Shown in pieces: positions 22,708-31,221 of a stretch of 39,998 bases of DNA. The number at the start of each line of letters is the position of its first letter. Position 1 is the first letter of the stretch. Source of the DNA: Spirochaetaceae bacterium (lineage in GTDB: Bacteria > Spirochaetota > Spirochaetia > DSM-27196 > SKKC01); contig PUOG01000134.1 in the NCBI GenBank assembly GCA_003552745.1, positions 1-39,998 on the forward strand, read 5' to 3'. The notes under the pieces are model-generated. The model was not told the DNA's origin and did not search any database. It saw nothing but the letters and a program-made list of their open reading frames with translations. Both the position numbers and the translations under genes were made by a program.

Positions 22708-24366
22708 ATGCACGTGCTTCAGGGAATTCTGCTCGTACTCGCCACAGGTCTGATCGCCGGAGAGATCGCCGCACGGCTGAAGCTGCCGCGGCTGATCGGC
22801 ATGCTGCTCGCCGGCATACTCATCGGGCCCGACCTGCTCGATGTAATGCCGGCGCAGATGAGCGAGCTCTCCGATCAGATCCGGCGCATCGCGCTGCTCA
22901 TCGTGCTTCTGAAAGCCGGACTCGGGCTCGACAAGGAGAAGATCCTGCGCAACGGATCGGTGGCGGTTCGCCTCGGATTCCTGCCGGCGGTAATAGAGGC
23001 GGCGGTCGTGGCGGTCGCCACGCACTACCTGCTCGGATGGGACTGGCTCACCTCGTGGCTTCTCGGATGGGTGATTTGCGCCGCTTCTCCGGCGGTCATC
23101 GTTCCGATGATGCTTCGTCTGAAGTCCGAGGGCTGGGGAGTGAAGAAGGGCATCCCCGACCTCATACTCGCCGGCGGCACCGCGAGCGACGCCACCGCGG
23201 TGACGATGTTCGGCATCTTCCTCGCCTGGATCGTCGACGGGGTTGGAGCCGGCGGGGCAGCGGGGGCGGCCGGCAACCTCAACGCCACAACGAACATCGC
23301 CGGCCGGCTGCTGGACATTCCGCTGCAGATCGGACTCGGCATTCTGTTCGGGTTCATAGCCGGCAAGATTGTCGTCTACCTGCTATCCCGGCGGCAGATC
23401 GCCGAGAGCATCATTCACGAGATGATCGTGTTTCTCCTCTTCGGCTTCGTGCTGATCGTCGCCGACAGCGCCTTGCCGTACTCGGCCTTCCTCGCGATCA
23501 TGGTTATGGGTTTCGTGATTCTCGAGTCCGACGCGGTACTTGCCCGCAGGCTGCGCACCGAAACGAGCAAGATCTGGATCGTCGGTGAGATCTTCCTCTT
23601 CGTCCTGATCGGCGCGGCGGTGAACGTCGAAATCATCGCCGATGCGGGCTCCCGCGGAATAGCCATCATCCTCATCGGACTCCTCATCGGCAGGTGGGCG
23701 GGCATCTTCGCCTCGACCGCATTCTCGAGCCTCACCTACAGGGAGCGACTATTCATGGTGGTCGGCGACATGGCGAAGGCGACCGTCCAGGCGGCCATCG
23801 GCGGGATTCCGCTCGCGATGGGCGTTGCCGGCGGGGAGTACATCCTCGCGATCGCGGTGCTCGCGATTCTCATTACCGCTCCGCTCGGCGCCTTCGGCAC
23901 GGTGTTTCTCGCCCCGCGGATGCTCGAAAAAGGAGAAGTCGACCCCACGAAGATCACGGTGCACGAATCACACCGCTTTCTCGTCGCCTTCGACGGATCA
24001 GCGAGCTCGCATGCGGCGCTGCATCGCGCGGCGCGCACCGCACGCCAGCTCGACGCCGATCTCGTGCTGCTCAACGTCCGTTTCCCCGGAAGCCGCGAGC
24101 TCTCACGCGAGGAGCTCGAGTCCGCCCTCGGCCCTGCACGCGATATCGCCTCCGAGATCGTCGTCGCGCACGGCAGTCCGGCCGAGGCGATCATCGAGAC
24201 CGCCGAAACGCGCGGCGCCGACTACATCTACATCGGAAAGCGCGCGGCATCGACTGCCGAACGGTTGTTCATGGGCGATGTGACCGAAGAGGTCATCACC
24301 CTCGCCGAGATTCCGGTAATAACGGTAGACAGCGGAGAGGAGAAGCCGGCCGCCGAGCCGGCGTGA
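22708..24366 (+). CDS. monovalent cation:proton antiporter (CPA family, Na+/H+-exchanger type) fused to a C-terminal universal stress protein (USP) domain
   Basis: The N-terminus ILLVLATGLIAGEIAARLKLPRLIGMLLAGILIGP is typical of CPA transporters, followed by about 400 aa of TM helices. The C-terminus HRFLVAFDGSASSHAAL...VVAHGSPAEAIIETAETRGADYIYIG...VITLAEIPVITV is USP-like. A GTG at 22714 is better spaced from the GGAGG than the ATG at 22708. Confidence 0.75.
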   Translation: MHVLQGILLVLATGLIAGEIAARLKLPRLIGMLLAGILIGPDLLDVMPAQMSELSDQIRRIALLIVLLKAGLGLDKEKILRNGSVAVRLGFLPAVIEAAVVAVATHYLLGWDWLTSWLLGWVICAASPAVIVPMMLRLKSEGWGVKKGIPDLILAGGTASDATAVTMFGIFLAWIVDGVGAGGAAGAAGNLNATTNIAGRLLDIPLQIGLGILFGFIAGKIVVYLLSRRQIAESIIHEMIVFLLFGFVLIVADSALPYSAFLAIMVMGFVILESDAVLARRLRTETSKIWIVGEIFLFVLIGAAVNVEIIADAGSRGIAIILIGLLIGRWAGIFASTAFSSLTYRERLFMVVGDMAKATVQAAIGGIPLAMGVAGGEYILAIAVLAILITAPLGAFGTVFLAPRMLEKGEVDPTKITVHESHRFLVAFDGSASSHAALHRAARTARQLDADLVLLNVRFPGSRELSREELESALGPARDIASEIVVAHGSPAEAIIETAETRGADYIYIGKRAASTAERLFMGDVTEEVITLAEIPVITVDSGEEKPAAEPA

Positions 24367-24450
24367 TCGCCGGCGAGACGCCGGGCCTCGCCGAATCGGG
24401 TGAACTTTCGCTACTTTTGTCTCACCGGTTACCGAGCCGGACAAAGCCGT

Positions 24451-25983
24451 ATGTTTACCGTGCTTCGAATCGCGACCCGGAATCTGAATCAGCACCGCGC
24501 CAAGACGCTCATAATCGGCTCAATAGTAGCGCTTGGCGTCGCAGTCCTTATCGTCGGCAATAGCCTTATGGAGACCGCACGGCTCGGGATTCGGCGGGCG
24601 TTTGTCGAAAACTATACCGGCCACGTCATGGTCAGCGGCCTCTCGCGTGGGGAGATATCGCTTTTCGGGGTCGCGTCGGTCGGCGGCGTGGAAGAGACAC
24701 CGGTGCTGCCGTCGTACCGAGCGATCAGCGAATATGCCGACACTATCGACGGAGTGGTTCGGATGACGCCGCAGCTCACCACGTTCGCACGATTCGGCGT
24801 CGACGAGGTCGACGGCCGCAGCTTCACCCTGCTGTTCGGCGTCGAACCGGAGAGCTACTTCCGCATGTTCGACCGGATCGAGCTCGCAAAAGGGCGCTTG
24901 CCCGGCCGCGGCGAGCGGGGGATCGTTTTGAGCGTGCAACGTGCCGAGGCGCTTATCGACTCCATCCGCCGGAGCGCCGAAGAGAACGACTCTGAGCCGG
25001 AGATCACCGAGCTCGAAACGGGCATGCCGATCGCGCTCTCCTCGGCCGGTTCGGGAGGGTTTCGCATTCGGGTTGTGCCGCTGCTCGGGATCTACGAGCC
25101 GATCAGCGGTGAGGCGGTAGGATCGGAGTATATCGCCTTTGTGGATGCTGCGACGCACCGCGCGCTGACCGGACTCGGTCTCGGTGCGACGGCCGACATA
25201 GAGCTGGACGAGGAGGAGACCGCGCTCCTCGCCGGCGATGATTTTGAGGCGCTGTTCGAGGGCGAGGTCGACGACGATCCGCTCTTTGATGATGGAGATG
25301 ATGGGGGCGACGACCGCGACTGGGACGACCTCTTCGCCGGGCTCGACGAATTGGAGGATGATGATGCGGCCGCCGTCGAGGAGCCCGTTGCCGACGGCGG
25401 CCCGTGGAACTATCTCTTGCTTCGTCTCGACTCGCTTCGCAGCACCGATCGGGTTATCGCGGAGCTCAACGCGTTCTTCGAGAAGGAAGGCATCGCGGCG
25501 ACCGCCTGGGATTGGGAACAGGCCGCCGGCCCGTTCGCGACAACCGCCGATGTCGTGCGCATCGTGTTCAACGTCGCCATTGTCATCGTCGGCGTGGTCG
25601 CGGCCATCATCATCATGAATACCCTCGTGATCTCGGTGATCGAGCGCACCGGCGAGATCGGCACCATGCGGGCGCTCGGTGCACAGCGCTTTTTCGTGTG
25701 GCGTCTCTTCTTCGTCGAAAGCCTGGTCATAACCGGGCTCTTCGGATTGATCGGCATCGGTATCGGGAGCGCTGTGGTGGGAACGCTCAACGTTGTCGGG
25801 ATTCCGGCCACCACCACCTTTCTCGAGGTGATTTTCGCCGGGCCGGAGTTGCGACCGGTTCTCTCGGCCTCGACACTCCTCGGATCGGTCACCGTCGTGG
25901 CGCTGATCGCCGTGCTCTCGCACATCTATCCGGTATCGGTTGCGCTGAAGATCCTCCCGGTTCGGGCGATGAAGGCGGATTAG
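24451..25983 (+). CDS. FtsX-type ABC transporter permease (LolC/E- or MacB-like, no NBD) with large periplasmic domain carrying an acidic insert
   Basis: The N-terminus is MFTVLRIATRNLNQHRAKTLIIGSIVALGVAVLIV. The C-terminal FtsX module is VISVIERTGEIGTMRALGAQRFFVWRLFFVESL plus three TM helices. The ATG at 24451 is chosen over the upstream 24400. Confidence 0.75.
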   Translation: MFTVLRIATRNLNQHRAKTLIIGSIVALGVAVLIVGNSLMETARLGIRRAFVENYTGHVMVSGLSRGEISLFGVASVGGVEETPVLPSYRAISEYADTIDGVVRMTPQLTTFARFGVDEVDGRSFTLLFGVEPESYFRMFDRIELAKGRLPGRGERGIVLSVQRAEALIDSIRRSAEENDSEPEITELETGMPIALSSAGSGGFRIRVVPLLGIYEPISGEAVGSEYIAFVDAATHRALTGLGLGATADIELDEEETALLAGDDFEALFEGEVDDDPLFDDGDDGGDDRDWDDLFAGLDELEDDDAAAVEEPVADGGPWNYLLLRLDSLRSTDRVIAELNAFFEKEGIAATAWDWEQAAGPFATTADVVRIVFNVAIVIVGVVAAIIIMNTLVISVIERTGEIGTMRALGAQRFFVWRLFFVESLVITGLFGLIGIGIGSAVVGTLNVVGIPATTTFLEVIFAGPELRPVLSASTLLGSVTVVALIAVLSHIYPVSVALKILPVRAMKAD

Positions 25984-25985
25984 CC

Positions 25986-27296
25986 ATGAAACTCGTGCTC
26001 ATTGCGTTGCGCAATCTCTCCCGACAGAAGCGTCGCACCACCCTCCTCGCCGGCGCTATCGCATTCGGCGTGATGGTGGTAACCGTAATCAACGGATTCG
26101 CAGGGAGTTTTCTCGAGAACGTGACCGAGAACTTCGGGCAGCTTCTCGCCGGTCACATTTTCGTGGAAGGGGTGGAGCGGCCGGAAGGGACCGACGAGTA
26201 TCAGGTCATCAGGGATGATGCTGCCCTGATCGAGGCGCTGGAGGCATCGGGAGTCGATGCACGATTCGTGACCCGGCGCAGCGACGCCCGCGGTACGATC
26301 GTCTTCGGTGGGCGAACGGCGAATCAGCAGATTGTCGGTGCCGATTGGGACGCCGAGTCTGCGCTCACCGACCGCATTGTGCTCGAGGAAGGCAGCTTCG
26401 ACGCGGTTCGCGGCGGCAACGGGCTCATCGTCAGTCGTCCGGTCGCCGAGCTCCTGCGGCTGGAAGTCGGTGACCCGGTGCTCGTGCGACTCAGAACGGT
26501 CACCGGTTCTCAGAACGTCGGGGAGTTTCGCATAGCCGGTATCGTGTTCGATCCGGGTATCGTCGCCGGGTTGAGCGCGTACGCGGACATCGACTATCTC
26601 AATGAGCTTCTGCAGCTCGAAGGCGGCGAATACCGGCAGTTGGGTGTGTTTCTTCGCACTCTGACCGAGATCGACGAAGCCGCCGACCGTTACTTCGACG
26701 AGCTTTCGCGGCGTGTGTCGATGTTCGACCGCAGCGCTCCGGATGAGGATACCAACCCGATCGCCGCGCTGTTCGAGCAGGCGCGCACTGAAGAGTGGGA
26801 GGGGGTTCGCTACCGGATGTATACCCTGAACGAAGTCGTGGCCGACGCGCAGCAGATCGTTCTCGTTCTCAACCAGGTGAGCATAGTCGTACTGGTGGTC
26901 CTGCTCGGCATCACCATGGTCGGTATTACGAATACGTTCAGGATGGTGATGTTGGAGCGCAAACGTGAGATCGGTACGATGCGTGCCCTCGGTATGCAGC
27001 GCCCGTCGGTGCGCCGGCTCTTTCTTGCCGAAGCGATTCTACTGGCCGCGCTCGGTATTGCGACCGGTCTGATTGCCGCCGGGGCGGTGATGGCGGTACT
27101 CTCACAGATATACATCGGCGTTGATTCGCCGCTGTTCGTGCTCCTGAGGGACGGGTACTTCACGTTCCGGGTGCGCGCGTTGCAGAGCGCACTGCACATC
27201 GGGCTCGTCGCGACGTTCACGCTTGTCGCGGCGTTCCTGCCGGCACGGCAGGCGGCCGCGCTCACGCCGGTAGAGGCGCTTCGCAGCGCAGAGTGA
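25986..27296 (+). CDS. FtsX-type ABC transporter permease (second subunit, no NBD)
   Basis: The ATG at 25986 lies 3 nt after the previous stop. The N-terminus is MKLVLIALRNLSRQKRRTTLLAGAIAFGVMVV. The FtsX module is MVMLERKREIGTMRALGMQRPSVRRLFLAEA. The longer track ORF (25404) is an upstream in-frame extension inside the preceding gene. Confidence 0.75.
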   Translation: MKLVLIALRNLSRQKRRTTLLAGAIAFGVMVVTVINGFAGSFLENVTENFGQLLAGHIFVEGVERPEGTDEYQVIRDDAALIEALEASGVDARFVTRRSDARGTIVFGGRTANQQIVGADWDAESALTDRIVLEEGSFDAVRGGNGLIVSRPVAELLRLEVGDPVLVRLRTVTGSQNVGEFRIAGIVFDPGIVAGLSAYADIDYLNELLQLEGGEYRQLGVFLRTLTEIDEAADRYFDELSRRVSMFDRSAPDEDTNPIAALFEQARTEEWEGVRYRMYTLNEVVADAQQIVLVLNQVSIVVLVVLLGITMVGITNTFRMVMLERKREIGTMRALGMQRPSVRRLFLAEAILLAALGIATGLIAAGAVMAVLSQIYIGVDSPLFVLLRDGYFTFRVRALQSALHIGLVATFTLVAAFLPARQAAALTPVEALRSAE

Positions 27297-27307
27297 GGAG
27301 ATTCGAG

Positions 27308-28150
27308 ATGCGTTCATTGGTGAGAAAGCAAATGAGCCATGATGCCGGCGATCCCGCACGTTGGCTGCGCGCCCTGCGATCGGTCTTCGGCGAGCGGATG
27401 ATCGCCCTCCTCCTTGGACTCGCGGTCATGCTCGTTCCCGCGCTGCCGGCCGGCTCGAGCGATGCTCCCGATTTCGACGCGATGCTGCGCGAGATCGACA
27501 GCCTCGGCGAGTTCAACGACCAGGACTTCTCGGGCGTTTATACGATCGTCTCCCAGGTACCCGGACAGGACGATGAGGTGACACAGGCCCGGCTCTTCCG
27601 CCGCGATCGCGCCGACCAATTCGTTCTCATCATCCTGCAGCCTCGTATCCAGCGTGGGCAGGGCTACCTGCGAACCGATGACACCGTCTATTTCTACGAC
27701 CCCGAAAGCCGGCGCTTCGAGCGCACGACGGTGCGCGATTCGATTCAGGGCACCGACGCGCAGAACCGCGACCTCGTTCGCGGCTCGCTTGCCGAAGATT
27801 ACCGTGTCGTCGATTGGGAAATCGGCTCACTCGGCAACTACGAGACCTACATTCTCGACCTGGAGGCGACCGAAACCGGCCTCGACTACGATCGGATCAA
27901 GCTATGGGTTCGCACCGACCGCGCGGTGGTGCTTCGCGAGGAGAACTACAGCGTCTCGGGGCGCCTCCTCCGAACGCTGCTCTTTCCGCGCTACGCGACC
28001 GTCGGGGGGCGCGCGGTGCCGTCACAGATCCTGATCGTCGATAACATCAACGAAGGAGAGCGGACTCAGATCACCTTGCGCGATCCGAGTGTCGCCTCGA
28101 TTCCGGACTCGGTATTTACCCGTGCGTACCTCGAACGCGTCAGTCGTTAG
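27308..28150 (+). CDS. outer-membrane lipoprotein-sorting (LolA-like, LolA_like/DUF4367-type) periplasmic protein
   Basis: GAGGAG lies 7 nt upstream of the ATG at 27308. A hydrophobic signal-like segment MIALLLGLAVMLVPALPAGS is present. The body (FSGVYTIVSQ...DTVYFYDPESRRFER...KLWVRTDRAVVLREENYSVSGRLLRTL) resembles the LolA-like family that usually accompanies FtsX permease pairs. Confidence 0.55.
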   Translation: MRSLVRKQMSHDAGDPARWLRALRSVFGERMIALLLGLAVMLVPALPAGSSDAPDFDAMLREIDSLGEFNDQDFSGVYTIVSQVPGQDDEVTQARLFRRDRADQFVLIILQPRIQRGQGYLRTDDTVYFYDPESRRFERTTVRDSIQGTDAQNRDLVRGSLAEDYRVVDWEIGSLGNYETYILDLEATETGLDYDRIKLWVRTDRAVVLREENYSVSGRLLRTLLFPRYATVGGRAVPSQILIVDNINEGERTQITLRDPSVASIPDSVFTRAYLERVSR

Positions 28151-29750
28151 GCGAACGACGCACCGCGACAGTATCGCGTTTTTCGTCGCGGTCACGCTGC
28201 TGTTCGCCGTAGCGCTTCCGGTGAGGGCGGAGGGCGACGCGCCGGATGAAGACGATACTACCGAGGATGAGTTCGACGACCTCTTCGACAGCGATGACAT
28301 GTTCGACGACTTCGATGAGGAGGAGCCCGACGCCGAACCGCGTCATGACGACGATCCGCTTCTTACCGACGGGGTGGAGTGGAGCGGCCGATTCATCGGA
28401 TCCGCCGATGCGAACTGGACCTGGATCGACCCGTATTCCCGCGGCTTCGGCGAACCGGACTCGACAAGCCTTACCCCGTCGATCGGGGCCGACTTGCGGT
28501 TCGATGTGCGACCCGAACGCGACTACCGGGTATTCGGCTCCTTCCGTATCCGCGGCGGACAAACCGGCGGCGCTTTCGATCCGGTGGCGGTCAGCCCGGA
28601 TGCGCTCGGCGGAGTCGCCGATGCGCTCGATCTCGAACCGGACGAGCTCGACGAACTCATTGAGGCGTTCGGTGAGGGCGTGGCGGCCGGGGAAAGTGAT
28701 TTCGATATCTCGGTCTTCGAGCTGTTCGCCGACTTTCCGTGGGAAGACCGCCTTTTCTTCCGGTTCGGGAAGCACACCATCAACTGGGGGGTCGGCTACT
28801 TCTTCAGCCCGGCCGACGTGCTTAATCTCACTTCGATAGACCCGCAGGATCCGGAAGCCGACCTGGAGGGTCCGATCAGTCTGCGCGTTCTCTATCCGTT
28901 CGGAGATCACAGCGCCTACCTCTACCTCGTTATTCCTGACGCAGCCGAACCGCTCGACATCGCCGTGGCTCCGAAACTCATTTTCGAGGCCGGGAGGAGT
29001 GAGTTGGGCATCGGGGCATACTACCAGCGCGACCGTGCGCCGCGCGGAATCGCAACGATTCGCCGGTCGGTCGGCGAGGTCGATCTCTTCGCGGAGGGCG
29101 TGCTCGCGTGGGGAAGCGACCGGACGTTCCTGCGCGATCGCGAAGAGGGAGCCGCCCCTCCATACGAAACCGTTCGCATCGAAGAGAGGCTCGTACCGAG
29201 CGCCACCGCCGGTGTGCGCTGGTTCGACGATTTCGATCGAGTCGGAAGCGTGCTGCTGGCCGGGCAATATTTCTACAACGGTGACGGATACGCCGATATC
29301 GAGCTTGCCCATGCCGATGAAACGCTGCTGCAGATTGCCACTCTCGTCGCACTGCAGCAGGCCGGGATTGTGCCGACGCCTCCCGGTCAGGAGCTCGTCG
29401 ATCCGGACGACCCGACGATCGCGCTCGCGGATCTCGCGCCGTTGACCACCGGACGGCACTATGCCGCGGCCACCGCCGGCCTCTCGGAGATCGCCGGAAG
29501 CGGATTCGGAGTATCGATCTTCGGACTCGCGAATCTCACCGATCTCTCCGGACTCGTCTCGCCGACGCTCTCCTATAGCTTTCTCAATCGCATGCGAGTC
29601 TCCGCCGGTGCAACGTTCACGTTCGGTGCGCCGGGAACCGAGTTCGGCAACCCCGCAACGCGCTTCCCCGGCGAAGACGGCGGCTTCCCCGATGACGGGC
29701 CGCTGGTAACACTCAATCTTTCATTCAGCCTCGGCGCAGGTAGCTTCTGA
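28122..29750 (+). CDS. probable outer-membrane beta-barrel protein with highly acidic N-terminal region
   Basis: An in-frame GTG at 28122 (or 28089) overlaps the previous gene. The signal-like segment is RRTTHRDSIAFFVAVTLLFAVALPVRAEG. Alternating hydrophobic beta-strand-like patterns run throughout, and the protein ends ...LNLSFSLGAGSF with a terminal Phe, as in OMP beta-signals. Confidence 0.5.
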   Translation: MRTSNASVVRRTTHRDSIAFFVAVTLLFAVALPVRAEGDAPDEDDTTEDEFDDLFDSDDMFDDFDEEEPDAEPRHDDDPLLTDGVEWSGRFIGSADANWTWIDPYSRGFGEPDSTSLTPSIGADLRFDVRPERDYRVFGSFRIRGGQTGGAFDPVAVSPDALGGVADALDLEPDELDELIEAFGEGVAAGESDFDISVFELFADFPWEDRLFFRFGKHTINWGVGYFFSPADVLNLTSIDPQDPEADLEGPISLRVLYPFGDHSAYLYLVIPDAAEPLDIAVAPKLIFEAGRSELGIGAYYQRDRAPRGIATIRRSVGEVDLFAEGVLAWGSDRTFLRDREEGAAPPYETVRIEERLVPSATAGVRWFDDFDRVGSVLLAGQYFYNGDGYADIELAHADETLLQIATLVALQQAGIVPTPPGQELVDPDDPTIALADLAPLTTGRHYAAATAGLSEIAGSGFGVSIFGLANLTDLSGLVSPTLSYSFLNRMRVSAGATFTFGAPGTEFGNPATRFPGEDGGFPDDGPLVTLNLSFSLGAGSF

Positions 29751-29795
29751 CGCGGATACCGCGGCGCTTTCGACGGTACATCTGTGACGTAACCG

Positions 29796-30500
29796 CTACA
29801 GTCCGCTGATGCCCGACATCCCGCCGTCGACACCGAGCACCTGCCCGGTAACCCACTGCGATTCGGGTCCGAGAAAGTAGCAAACGGCCGCGGCGATATC
29901 GTCTACCGTACCGACGCGCTTCAACGGATGTCGCTCGGCCGCGCGCTCGCGCTTCTTCTCGTTGTCGAGAAGCCGAGAGGCGAGTGGTGTATCGGTCAGT
30001 GAAGGTGCAACAACGTTCACTCGCACCCGCTTCGACGCAAGCTCGGCCGCGAGCGAGCGGCCGAGACCGACGATCGCCCCCTTTGCCGCCGCGATCGAGG
30101 TATGGAAGTTCATTCCGACGTTCGCGGCAACGGTCGATACGAATACGACCGACGAACCGTCACCTCCGGTAAGAGCCGGGAGAACGTGCTGCAGGACACG
30201 AACCGCTCCGAGCACATTCACATCGAAATCGGCAGCAAACTGCTCCGGCTTTAGACTTCGGAAGGGAGCGAGATTGATGGTGCCGGGCGCATAGAAGAGC
30301 CCGTCGAGCCGTTCCGGTACCGGCAAATTGTCGGGGAGAGCTTCGCTGATATCGATCTGCCGGTACACGACCTGATCCAGACCGTCGAGATCGGGCTCTG
30401 ACCTGCGAGCCCACACCTCGACCTCGTCACCCCGCGCCGTAAGACGACGCGCAACCTCGCGCCCGATTCCACTGCTTCCACCCACGATGAGATAGTTCAT
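29796..30500 (-). CDS. short-chain dehydrogenase/reductase (SDR) family protein, apparently atypical active site
   Basis: The ATG at 30500 gives MNYLIVGGSSGIGREVARRL (TGxxxGxG-type NAD(P) motif) and VNVVAPSLTDTPL. The expected YxxxK reads S-I-A-A-A-K, with a His 7 residues before the Lys. Confidence 0.65.
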   Translation of the reverse strand: MNYLIVGGSSGIGREVARRLTARGDEVEVWARRSEPDLDGLDQVVYRQIDISEALPDNLPVPERLDGLFYAPGTINLAPFRSLKPEQFAADFDVNVLGAVRVLQHVLPALTGGDGSSVVFVSTVAANVGMNFHTSIAAAKGAIVGLGRSLAAELASKRVRVNVVAPSLTDTPLASRLLDNEKKRERAAERHPLKRVGTVDDIAAAVCYFLGPESQWVTGQVLGVDGGMSGISGL

Positions 30501-30588
30501 AGTACTCAGAAAGTACGCATCGCTCACCGGACCGGCAACACGCAGGGCACTGGAAGTACGCCGTTCGCCGGCACAGATCCATCGGCTG

Positions 30589-31221
30589 TCACCGCAAACT
30601 GCGGTAGTAGAGAATCGCAAGCTGGGTGCGATCGCGAACGTCGAGCTTCACCAGCATCTCGGAGATGTAGTTGCGCACCGTCCCGGGGGAGAGATTGAGC
30701 TTTGCGGCGATCTCCTTGTTCGACAACCCTTCGGCAATCAACACGAGTATGTCGTTCTCTCGCGGTGCGAGCCCGAGCGCCGGCGTGGGCGTCGACGGTG
30801 ACGCCTGCATTATCTGCCCGAGATGACGCGCGACCTCGTTCTGGAGCACCGTTTGCCCTCTGGCCACCGCACGGACACTCTCTACGATCGCATCGGCCGC
30901 CGAGCTCTTCAGGAGGTAGCCTTCCGCTCCGAGCGCTATGGCGCTGCGGATGTATTCGCTATCGTCGAAAGTGGTAAGGATGATGACCTTGACCCCGGTC
31001 TCCGCCTTTATCGCTCGCGTCGCCGACACGCCGTCCATTACCGGCATGCGGATGTCCATGAGCATCACGTCCGGATTCTCACGGCGGCAGAGCGCGACGG
31101 CTTCTTCTCCGTCGGCGGCTGAACCGACGAAATCGATATCTCCGTGCGTCTCGAGGATTGCGCCGAGCCCGTCGCGCACGAGCCCGTCGTCGTCAGCAAT
31201 TCCTACTCGTATCGCGTTCAT
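30589..31221 (-). CDS. NarL/FixJ-family response regulator (canonical receiver plus LuxR HTH)
   Basis: The sequence has IADDDGLV, PDVMLMDIRMPVMDG, IILTTFDD and GAEGYLLKSS, so all receiver hallmarks are present. The HTH is LAPRENDILVLIAEGLSNKEIAAKLNLSPGTVRNYISEMLVKL. Confidence 0.85.
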   Translation of the reverse strand: MNAIRVGIADDDGLVRDGLGAILETHGDIDFVGSAADGEEAVALCRRENPDVMLMDIRMPVMDGVSATRAIKAETGVKVIILTTFDDSEYIRSAIALGAEGYLLKSSAADAIVESVRAVARGQTVLQNEVARHLGQIMQASPSTPTPALGLAPRENDILVLIAEGLSNKEIAAKLNLSPGTVRNYISEMLVKLDVRDRTQLAILYYRSLR

